Assembly: GCA_051599415.1 (NCBI GenBank)
Contig: AP039705.1
Coordinates: 124,001-188,000, forward strand
Length of the DNA: 64,000 nucleotides
Reading direction: 5' to 3'
DNA from: Savitreella phatthalungensis
Taxonomy: Eukaryota
In this document: piece after piece, positions 55,749 through 64,000 of the stretch
Position numbering within the stretch: the stretch's first letter is position 1
Layout of the letters: each line of letters opens with the position of its first letter
Program-made: the position numbers and the translations under genes
The notes under the pieces: model-generated
What the model saw: the letters and a program-made list of their open reading frames with translations, nothing else
Databases searched by the model: none
What the model was told of the DNA's origin: nothing

Positions 55749-57014
55749 ATGGAGCAGACCTCTGCTGAGGACGACGATCTCGTTCGGGAGAGAGCAACCC
55801 GCTGGCGGACGGCACTCAGGACGGCACTCCCTCCATTCGTCCTCCCTGCACTCCTTGCCAGCACGGCAATCGACGGAGTCACGTCCGACAAGGCAGCAGA
55901 CGATGATGTGTATGCTCGCTCAGCTCGCCTCGATGCCGCCGACGAGGCCTTTGATCACTTGGTCTCCCGAATCTCCACAACGCTCCCGCACGTGCCGCTT
56001 GAGCTCGCCTCGACGCTAGACCTTACACAGCACGAGCAGTCTGCTGTGGGTCGATCGTTGACCGCGTGGCTTGTTGATGGGGTCGACCAAGACGATCTGC
56101 CCTCAGAGGTGGGCGGATCGCTCGTGCCCGCAGCCGAGATCGGGTATATCACGAGCCTTGTGGTCGATGCATATACAGCACTCCTTCCGACCGATGACGA
56201 CGGAGACACGGCCGATCACGATGACCAGGACGGAATGGAACAAAAACGAGCTCGGACTTGCACACTCTGCACCCGCCAGACCCCAACCACCTTTCACCAC
56301 CTCATCCCCAAGACTACACATGCATACTTCCTCGACAGGCCGGCTCTCCTTTTGCCCCTTCCAAAACGATTCCCTGGCATGCAGACCATCGCGACGGAAC
56401 CTCCAAAGGCGACGGACGGCGGCGAGAACGATGCGGCACCGTCCGCCAAACGATCATCGTCAGGGTTGAGGGGTGAGTCAGAGTCTGGTAAACGGAGACG
56501 GGATCGAAAATTGAAGAAGCAAGCGGTCGCCCAGACGAAGCGTGATCTTGAGATCCTACAGCAACAAAGGAAACGATATCAAGCGGGTAACAGCAGTCAG
56601 CCTATTATCGATCGACTCGGAAACATTATCCTGTCAGCCGACGATCCCGCCTCGTCCACAACAACCGCAACCACCACCGAGGACGAACTTCAACCTTTCA
56701 GTAGTGACGACGACGATGCGTTACCTCAAGACAAGCAAGCAATTAAGGCCAAAAGCGCTCGGGATCTATCACCGGAAGAGTACGCTCGCCAATGCTCACT
56801 TGTGACGCGCTCTGGGCTTGGCAAGTATGGGATGGCAGTCTGCCGTGGATGTCACTCGATGATACACCGGTTAGAACGTGATGAGCGACGGCTTGGCCGC
56901 CTGTACAACACGCGTCGAAAACTTCTTCAGGAGCTAGAGGGTCTTCGGGAATACGTCGACTGGGCAAGCACACAGCGGCCTCCTGTTTCCAATAACCTCC
57001 GTCATCGCAGATGA
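55749..57014 (+). CDS. HNH-like zinc-binding nuclease-family protein with large internal insertion
   Basis: CTLC.R...TFHHLIPKTTH, then about 180 residues later MAVCRGCHSMIH...LGRLYNT..KLL...YVDWAS. Confidence 0.7.
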   Translation: MEQTSAEDDDLVRERATRWRTALRTALPPFVLPALLASTAIDGVTSDKAADDDVYARSARLDAADEAFDHLVSRISTTLPHVPLELASTLDLTQHEQSAVGRSLTAWLVDGVDQDDLPSEVGGSLVPAAEIGYITSLVVDAYTALLPTDDDGDTADHDDQDGMEQKRARTCTLCTRQTPTTFHHLIPKTTHAYFLDRPALLLPLPKRFPGMQTIATEPPKATDGGENDAAPSAKRSSSGLRGESESGKRRRDRKLKKQAVAQTKRDLEILQQQRKRYQAGNSSQPIIDRLGNIILSADDPASSTTTATTTEDELQPFSSDDDDALPQDKQAIKAKSARDLSPEEYARQCSLVTRSGLGKYGMAVCRGCHSMIHRLERDERRLGRLYNTRRKLLQELEGLREYVDWASTQRPPVSNNLRHRR

Positions 57015-57028
57015 CCTGGCTTCCTCTC

Positions 57029-58792
57029 CTACAGCGCAGATGCCATCCCTTTCAGCAGAGCAGCGACACCGAGAGCACCAGCATCAGGCGCCTCCTTCGC
57101 TTCTGTCTGATCGACGTATGTCGCTCGGCCTAGCCCGGCCATCATACCCTTTGTTGACTCGGCGCCTTTGGAGGCTGCCTCTGCGGCCTTGGCAAAATCG
57201 CCGGTCTCGGCAAACGTGGCGACGAATGGATCTAGACTATCGATGAGGGTTTTGTCACCAACTTGTGCCGTTGTGTAATGCTGGAGTCGGGAGTACGCAT
57301 GACGCAGGGCTTCTTGGATCGATGTGTCATTTCCGTTAGCCGCGAGACCAACGGCAAAGGACGACAGGAAGATCTGCCAGAGAGCGCCACCAGTACCACC
57401 CATCGACCCCTCCAACACCTCTGCCACACTCCCGACCGTCCGGCTCAAATCACTCAGGACATCGCTCCCTCCAACAGAGTCCAGCCATTCGACCACCGCC
57501 TCAGCGGCAGATTTCAGAGTCGTCCCACAGTCGCCATCGCCAGCGACCGTGTCGGCCTTTGTGATGGCCGGTTCCGCGTCAATCAGTGCCTTGCATCCCG
57601 CTCGCAAGAGTTTCTCCGTGGCGGCAGGGTCAACGACAAACGGTCGAGTTGTCTGAGGAGAGTCCCCTTCCTCTGCCGTAGAATCCAATGTGATTGACTC
57701 CTCGCGCTCTCTCGATGATGACGCAGACCAAGAAGTCGCTCCGTTCCACCCAGGAGCATCGGTCGGTCGATCTAGGTAGCGTAGCACCCCATCCGCTTCT
57801 GCATCCCCTAGATTCGACAAGTTCAGAAGCGTGATTGAGATGCCTGGCCCATCGAGTGATGTGACGAATGGTGCTGCATAACTCCTGACGACCCTGAGTC
57901 CGTGCTGTTGCTCGACCGTGTCGTGGACAATCTCGGCGAAGGCGTGCATCTCGAGCGTGCTGATCCCACCCAAGTTATTCACCAACACCACCACCTTATC
58001 CCCCTTCCCAAACTTCACAAACCCACGGTCACCATCATCACCATCAACCAACTGACCTACAAGCGTTCGAACGAGCTCCTTTGTCGGCGGACGCTTCACT
58101 CGCGCAAACCCAGGCTCATTGTGGATGCCCATGCCGAGCTCGATTTGGTCTTGAGGGAGTCTGGTTTGTTGGTCGGTGCCGGGGACGTTAGCGTGGTCGA
58201 GGGAGACGCCAACGGTGACTAGGTTGTGGGAGACGAGTAGGCCCAGGCGCTTGAGGTCGAAAAGGGTCATATTGTCGGCGGCTGCACCGCCGGCGATCTT
58301 TTGGAGAAGGACGATTCCAGCGAGTCCACGCCGACCAACTCGGCCTGACCGCGCTCGACCTACCGCCACGTCGTCCTCGACCACGAGGAAATCGACTTGG
58401 GCGGTGGACGGGCGTGAGATGTTGGCTCGCTCGATGGCGATGCCGAAGTGGAGGCGGTCGCCCGTGTAGTTGAGGACGATGACGAGGACTGGCTGGTGTT
58501 GGAGGATGGAGAGGCCGGCGGAGACTTGTTTCGCGCTAGGTGATGCAAACACCTCACCGCTCACAGACACAGACAGCATCCCTGACCCGACAAACCCGCA
58601 GGAAGCAGGCTCGTGTCCGGAACCGCCACCGGACAGGAGGCAGACGCGCCCGCTTGAACGATCCGCTGCTGTCGGGCGGATGAATGCAAGACGGTTGAAG
58701 GGGTCGATTGATAGGGCTGGATTAGCACGAGCTAGACCTCGGAGTGATGTGACTACCAGCGACTTGGTATCGTCGACGAGATGCTTGCCCAT
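57029..58792 (-). CDS. DAK1: Dihydroxyacetone kinase (DhaK-DhaL fusion)
   Basis: LSGGGSGHEP, GEVFASPS, NYTGDRLHFG, VGRRGLAG, GMGIHNEPG, GDGDCGTT, MGGTGG, GDKTLID, GRATYV, PDAGA. Confidence 0.96.
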   Translation of the reverse strand: MGKHLVDDTKSLVVTSLRGLARANPALSIDPFNRLAFIRPTAADRSSGRVCLLSGGGSGHEPASCGFVGSGMLSVSVSGEVFASPSAKQVSAGLSILQHQPVLVIVLNYTGDRLHFGIAIERANISRPSTAQVDFLVVEDDVAVGRARSGRVGRRGLAGIVLLQKIAGGAAADNMTLFDLKRLGLLVSHNLVTVGVSLDHANVPGTDQQTRLPQDQIELGMGIHNEPGFARVKRPPTKELVRTLVGQLVDGDDGDRGFVKFGKGDKVVVLVNNLGGISTLEMHAFAEIVHDTVEQQHGLRVVRSYAAPFVTSLDGPGISITLLNLSNLGDAEADGVLRYLDRPTDAPGWNGATSWSASSSREREESITLDSTAEEGDSPQTTRPFVVDPAATEKLLRAGCKALIDAEPAITKADTVAGDGDCGTTLKSAAEAVVEWLDSVGGSDVLSDLSRTVGSVAEVLEGSMGGTGGALWQIFLSSFAVGLAANGNDTSIQEALRHAYSRLQHYTTAQVGDKTLIDSLDPFVATFAETGDFAKAAEAASKGAESTKGMMAGLGRATYVDQTEAKEAPDAGALGVAALLKGMASAL

Positions 58793-59116
58793 GATGGTGA
58801 CTATGGATTAAAGGAGGTTGTGCGAGGTTAGGGTAGGGTGAAGGGTGGTTTTTAAGTATGGTCTCTGGAGTGTGGGGAGAATGCGTGGGGTCTGGAGGTG
58901 GAGCCGGCGCAAGTTCCGGTGGATTTGTTCCGGCGACCAGCCGAGTGAGATACATCCATTTGAACGTAGAACAAAAACGTATGTAGTTAGGCGCGGGATG
59001 GCAGAGCAGAGCAAGGATAAGACGACGATGGAAGTGGAGGAGATGTTCCGGTACGTACAAAGGTAAAAAACGATGTAATGTACACACATAGGATAAGAGC
59101 GGATTAGCTACACAAG

Positions 59117-61861
59117 TCACCGCCAGTAATTTTGTCGTTGGTTGAGGTCCGATGGTGAGTGGCGCCTGTCTTGGTCGGGCTGACGCTCACGATCGCGAGC
59201 TCGACGCTCGTTTTCGAGTTGGACGATGTTGTCGATTTTGGAGAGAGCGAGCTGGAGGAGTTGTGTCTTGTGCTGAAGCATGATGTGATGCTTGACACGC
59301 GGGTCCTCGTTCGCGAACCGATCGACTTGGTCGGAAGATAGGCCTCGGACGAGTCGAGCGTCCAGCTCCCGCGGGAATTGGTAGAAGAACTCTGCGAGGA
59401 GCTCGACGTGGATGAAGAGGACCGCAGTCTCCGTAAGCTTCTGCGATAGCGCCGACAGGAATACCTCCGGACAGACGTACTTGGTATTTGACGACGTCGG
59501 CGCTGCGCACGCCCGAGATCGAGCGAGTTTCAGACGCGCTGCAAGGATGGTCTCCCGGTCTCGCAGGAAATTTGCTGCTCGTCCTTTTTCTAGCAGGGCA
59601 GACGAGTAGCCCATCGACTCCTTCGTGTCTCTTCCCGTGTCGACAAATTCCTGGACGCGCGAGAGCTGGCGTGCGCCGACTTCATTCGAAAGTCGCTTGG
59701 ACGCTTCCCGGCACATGCGGAGCTCTTCTGAGAGGAGCTTGTCTGCCTTTTGGCGTGCTGATGGCCAGTCGTGTGGGTCGACTTCGACGTCGAATTTGAA
59801 AGGCTTGATACAGTTTTCGACCTGTTCGGCTGTCTGGTGGTACCTGGCTGTGAGGATATCTCTAGTGGCGTTCTCGATGACCTCGCGTGCGAATGGATGA
59901 GATCGTAAGGGACCGTTGGTCGTGAGATCTGTCATCGCGTCAGCGAGCTTTGTCGTGACGAGTTGCGTGGAGACGCGACCGACGCCCATGCGGGTGAGGG
60001 CTGACTGCGAAGCGTCTAGCTTCCGCTCCCAGTGAACCGCATCTTCGATTGATGCTCCATCGACGCGCGACGTCGGCGCCCATTTACTTGCCCTCGGATC
60101 TGACCAAAACCGTTCCGCCAGGAGATCCATGACCTTCTGGTCCAGCACATCGCTCAACATCTCTCTCACTTGCTGCTTTCCAAACTTCTCGCTGAATGCC
60201 TTGAAGTCGAGCTTGAATTTGTCGAGTGTCTCTGCCACATACGATTCTCCACTCATGCTGCGATCGTTATACTGGACTTTGAACTGGTACTGGGCTTCCT
60301 CGAGCTCAAGACGAATGGCATCGGAGGTCGACTGGAGACTCGATGCCATCGTCTTCTCGAGCACGTGCATGAGGTTGTGGCGAAGTGTCGCGGTGCCGGT
60401 CTTCACCTGATCACGACTGTTGTTGTACTCTGGGCTGGCAGCGAAGAAGGCACGCTCATTGCGGGTCATGAGCTCATGTGCAGACTCGCGCCTGTTGAAG
60501 AGACCTGTAGAGGTGGGTGTCGGTGCGCGGCAGACGACACCGACGTATCCGAGACTGAGTGGGTAGTTGGAGTCCTTTAGGATGGCCAGACCGCGATCGG
60601 GCGTCACGAGATCCATCTTAGTGACAACGCCCAAGGTGCGAATGCCGAGCGGGTCAACTCGCCTGCTGGCCTTGAGGGCGGGCGAGTTGGCGAGATCGAC
60701 ATCGGCCGCGCAAACTGCCAAGATGATGTTTGGCTCGCGGATGTATTTGTCACAGAGGTCGTTGATCTTCCACTTCAGATTGGCCGGTTGGTCCTTCGAC
60801 TGGACCTGGATGTAGCCAGGGAGGTCGATCAGAGTCAGATCAGGCACGTTTGGTGAGTAGATGTGAAGCTGGATCGGGTCATCAGACACACAGTCGGCGT
60901 CTGAGACTGCGCGGTTGAGTGTTGTCAAGGTAGCCTGGATCTGTGCAAAGTCTGTGATCTTGGAACTGCCGGGAAGAGCAGGAAAGGTGCCGTACTCGGC
61001 TTGTGCGCCAGGGGTGTTGATGAGCGTGAGTTCGATCGGTCGCCTGGTCACCATGTTGCTACCTTTTGGTAGGAACTCGTGACCAACGATAGCTTCCAGA
61101 ACGGAACTCTTGCCGGAAGATTGTGAGCCGACGACGACGATACTTGGCAAGGTGAGCGTCTCGGACTTGTCGATCTGCTTGAGCAGGTTCCGGATCTCGA
61201 TCATCTTCCGAGTCAACACCATCATCTGGTCGTCCGCTGCTTGCGCTGGTGTCTCCTGCTTGTCGTCTGCGGTGGCGTAGAGTGCGACTGCAGCTGCGAG
61301 AGCTGCCGCGGCAGGATCTTCTGGTGGGCTGGAGGGCGACTCTTGGTGGTTAGTGTTGTGAGATTGATCAGACACACCGCGGTCTTGTGATCGAGCCTGG
61401 TATCCTTCCGGGGTGTCCTTGATGCGCAGAACCTGTTCCAGCCATTCTGGTAGGCGGAACTGGGGGAGATCGATGTCGGCGAGGTCGTCCAACTTCTCCC
61501 TGCTCGCCTCCCACGCAGCAGACAGGTAGTCTGCTCCCTGCGCAAAGACATCCTTCGTGTATCGAGCTGTTGCTTCTACTTTGTACTCGATGTAGACGAC
61601 GGCTGCTGCGACAGATCCGCCGACGAGAGCTGGCAGTCTGACAAGGGAACCAACGATCCTGCCTGTGGAGAAGCGATGTGCGGTGGCGGTGGAGGTGAGT
61701 TGGAGCGATGCGCGGGAAGGAGAGAGCATCATACGGCGCCATGTAGGTCGCCATAGTGTGTGTGAGTGGGCGATTGGGGGACTCGAGCGCGAGTAGAAGA
61801 GCCTGCTGGCGTGTGGACTGCCTGCAAGGGCGCGCAGTCTCCGTGCCGCTATCATCGACAT
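59117..61861 (-). CDS. MGM1: Mitochondrial dynamin-like GTPase Mgm1/Msp1 (OPA1 counterpart); start set at MSMIAARR
   Basis: Arg-rich presequence, TM segment, LTRKMIEIR, LPSIVVVGSQSSGKSSVLEAIVGHEFLPKG.NMVTRRP, DLPG, TKMD, VENCIKPFK, CPEVFL, FFYQFPRELD. Confidence 0.97.
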   Translation of the reverse strand: MSMIAARRLRALAGSPHASRLFYSRSSPPIAHSHTLWRPTWRRMMLSPSRASLQLTSTATAHRFSTGRIVGSLVRLPALVGGSVAAAVVYIEYKVEATARYTKDVFAQGADYLSAAWEASREKLDDLADIDLPQFRLPEWLEQVLRIKDTPEGYQARSQDRGVSDQSHNTNHQESPSSPPEDPAAAALAAAVALYATADDKQETPAQAADDQMMVLTRKMIEIRNLLKQIDKSETLTLPSIVVVGSQSSGKSSVLEAIVGHEFLPKGSNMVTRRPIELTLINTPGAQAEYGTFPALPGSSKITDFAQIQATLTTLNRAVSDADCVSDDPIQLHIYSPNVPDLTLIDLPGYIQVQSKDQPANLKWKINDLCDKYIREPNIILAVCAADVDLANSPALKASRRVDPLGIRTLGVVTKMDLVTPDRGLAILKDSNYPLSLGYVGVVCRAPTPTSTGLFNRRESAHELMTRNERAFFAASPEYNNSRDQVKTGTATLRHNLMHVLEKTMASSLQSTSDAIRLELEEAQYQFKVQYNDRSMSGESYVAETLDKFKLDFKAFSEKFGKQQVREMLSDVLDQKVMDLLAERFWSDPRASKWAPTSRVDGASIEDAVHWERKLDASQSALTRMGVGRVSTQLVTTKLADAMTDLTTNGPLRSHPFAREVIENATRDILTARYHQTAEQVENCIKPFKFDVEVDPHDWPSARQKADKLLSEELRMCREASKRLSNEVGARQLSRVQEFVDTGRDTKESMGYSSALLEKGRAANFLRDRETILAARLKLARSRACAAPTSSNTKYVCPEVFLSALSQKLTETAVLFIHVELLAEFFYQFPRELDARLVRGLSSDQVDRFANEDPRVKHHIMLQHKTQLLQLALSKIDNIVQLENERRARDRERQPDQDRRHSPSDLNQRQNYWR

Positions 61862-62211
61862 GGACACGGATCTGGCCGGCTTCGACAGAGGACTATGGCG
61901 CGTGACCCAGGTCAAACTAATGAGTGCGCGCGCATCCCCTCTAGGTCATCACCATGATAGTGATGATGCTGGGTGGATGGACGAGGGATGGATGTTGTTG
62001 TCTTGTGAGATGTGTTTGTGTGACGAAGTGCTTTTCTGTGTTGATCAATTCAATTGGCTGGCCGTGTTAATTTTGCACTGTGGACGCGTCTGTCACAAGA
62101 TCAGAAAACATCATCATTTCTCTCATACGCACGTATATAAGGTAAAGTTGTACGACAGAGCCAGTCATGGATGAAATAACTATCTGAGGGAGATTCTGAG
62201 CTTGTTCGAAA

Positions 62212-63454
62212 ATGCTGGGTGAGTTGGGCGTGCTGACTGGTTTGGCATTGGTGGAAGTGCTGATGTGGGAACGGGCTCGGCAAGCTTTTCCACATTTAGG
62301 TCCTGCCATGTTTAACGCTACGCTTGCGGCACTGAGCGATGGTATTGCACAGGCGATCGACAGTCACAGTCGGAGGATTGGTGGTCGACGGAAGGATGTT
62401 GTCGATGATGGAGACGAGGACGGAGGCGATGATGAGGAATTGGACGCGCATCGGTGTGCTGTCTTTGCATTCTGGTCGCTGATTTCGACCATGGTGATCG
62501 TTGTGCCGTGGGTCGGGATACTGCATCGGACAGGATACTCTCCCCTGATTTGTGCGGTCCTCGATCAGACTGTGATGGCGCCTGTGCTCGTGGCATCGCA
62601 GTTGCTATATACGGCAGTGGTCGACATTGTGCTCCCGCCGACCAGTTCGGGCAAGACGTCACGCGCGGCCACACCACGGAATGGCAAACAGTCTCCGCTG
62701 GGGGTCGAGGACGCTGACGACACAGGTCTCGGTGGTGCGGTCGGAAGCCGACCTGACTTGCGGTCCCGGCGGTCTGGTAGGGGGATCCTGAGTAGGACGT
62801 CATCTGTGGAGAACGGGCTTGGGAAGGGGATCAATGAAGTACGACCTCTAGCTGTTAATGTGCCTGCGCATGCACCGGCGCCTGTGGAAGGGAAGCCAAG
62901 GGATACAATTGGCGGAGGTGGAGGACGACGGAAAGTGCTGAGCGCTCATTCAATCCCTCCAACGCCACGGACCTTGTCTGGGACGATGACGCCTGCCGCT
63001 GTGCCACGCAGCCCGAGCAAGGGCGCTGCTGGTAGAGGCGATGATTTGATGGGGACGGCAATCGTGCCTGCGGAGATGCTGGTGAAGAGATTGAGCGAGC
63101 AGCTTCAAGAGGGTGCCGGTCCGACATCGACGCTGACGACAATCATGTCGCGCTTCCGGCAACTGCTGCGGGAGCGGTGGTATCGGAATTGGCGCGACGG
63201 TTGCGTTGTCTGGGGAACCGTGGGTTTAATATCGTTCACGTATGTGCCTGTCCACCGACGACCTGCCTTTGGCGCCCTCATCGGCGTCTTTTGGAACATC
63301 GTAAGCATTTCTGGACATTTCTGTATCGCTCCGCATACTGACAAGCTTCGCTTAGTACTTCTGCCTTGTCAATAGCGAGTCGCCGGGGACCACAGGCGGA
63401 CCACTTGCTCAGGAGATTCAGAGTCCGCTAAAGGCATTGCCCAAGCGGGCTTGA
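62212..63454 (+). CDS. Mpv17/PMP22-family membrane protein with large insertion, two exons (..63300 and 63356-63454); start may be 62263
   Basis: AALSDGIAQ, D.HR..F..W, LDQTVMAP, W...SFTYVP...GVFWNI. Intron 63301-63355 (GTAAGC, CTGAC, TAG) gives WNI|YFCLVNS, the typical family end. Confidence 0.8.
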
Positions 63455-63517
63455 TCCGGATTGGTGAGAATCCATGCATTCATTCAGTCATGACCTTGTG
63501 CAAGATGAAGCTGCGTC

Positions 63518-64000
63518 TCACTTGGCCTTGGCGTGCTCGACGAACTCGTCAAAGACGAGAGGCCAGGCGTCTTCTTCGTCGTATCCTTCGAAGGTGTCTT
63601 GGTTGACGATGTTGAGGAAGTCGTAGAGGAGGTTCCATGTATCTCTGTTGACAGCTTTTGCCTTTTGCTGGAGGAACGCCTTCCACTGTGTGAGTCTCTT
63701 GAAGCCTCTGACGCCTTGGTCGGCGGTGAAGAGGAGGTCCCAGTAGACGCAGGCGACGTCTAGCGGGAGTGTGCGCGAGGGTGGCTGGAGTGCGAGGGTG
63801 AAGGTGTGTAGGTACGTCCGCTTGAACAGCTCTTTGTCCTGGTCGAGTTGCGTTGTCAGGGACCCTGCAACGCGCTGCATGTCTTCCAGCCGGTACACCC
63901 CTAGCCCGCGCCACCCACTCACAAACCCATCCTTCTCCATCACACCCGTAGACGGGCAACCTAGCAGTGTCTGCAACGCCAACACACCTGGCTCTTCCAG
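63518..64000 (-). CDS. DCN1: Dcn1 (defective in cullin neddylation) PONY domain, 5' part outside window
   Basis: FVSGW, FKRTYLHTF, L.LDVA..YWDLL, W..FL, VNRDTWN..DF, YDEEDAWPLVFDEFVE. Confidence 0.92.
   Translation of the reverse strand: MEEPGVLALQTLLGCPSTGVMEKDGFVSGWRGLGVYRLEDMQRVAGSLTTQLDQDKELFKRTYLHTFTLALQPPSRTLPLDVACVYWDLLFTADQGVRGFKRLTQWKAFLQQKAKAVNRDTWNLLYDFLNIVNQDTFEGYDEEDAWPLVFDEFVEHAKAK

Noticed and set aside
17356..58792. TPI1 plus DAK1 as a DHAP metabolic cluster
   Set aside because: They are 39 kb apart among unrelated genes.
58826..58840. TTAGGG-like telomeric motif
   Set aside because: Single imperfect copy in a G-rich 5' region; not an array.
5049..63344. Many long antisense or alternate-frame ORFs overlapping real genes
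   Set aside because: These are expected shadows of GC-rich coding sequence and have no recognisable domains.

Overview
Gene-dense, intron-poor, GC-rich eukaryotic (fungal) DNA. An early-diverging ascomycete yeast such as a Taphrinomycotina member is plausible, but this is inference from gene content, short GT-AG introns and compactness. About 27 protein-coding genes can be called. The left ~11.5 kb looks accessory: two tandem divergent subtilases (one cut by the window edge and missing from the ORF track), an unrecognised putative multi-exon gene, a Cys-rich single-pass membrane protein, a homoserine-acetyltransferase-like hydrolase, a secreted S41 peptidase and a stand-alone RNase H. The rest is mostly conserved fungal genes: LOA1, CPS1, palH/RIM21, TPI1, DMA1, a membrane-fused spermidine-synthase-like enzyme, MVP1, STE50, ELG1, an MDR oxidoreductase, SEC14, an ABCB transporter, EGT2-like, a GH72 glucanosyltransferase, a CLG1-like cyclin, DUG3, an HNH-like protein, DAK1, MGM1, an Mpv17/PMP22 protein and DCN1. 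An 8.4 kb gene-free stretch precedes the cyclin. I found no tRNA, rRNA, CRISPR array or recognisable transposon. The most unusual signals are (i) strong block-wise G/T versus C/A skew oscillations inside single ORFs, (ii) clustering of the E-box CACGTG in short intergenic gaps, (iii) convergent genes with abutting or overlapping ends, including one shared CTAG double stop, and (iv) large low-complexity insertions splitting conserved domains. No complete novel system can be demonstrated from sequence alone. Family calls come from motif recognition, not database searches.
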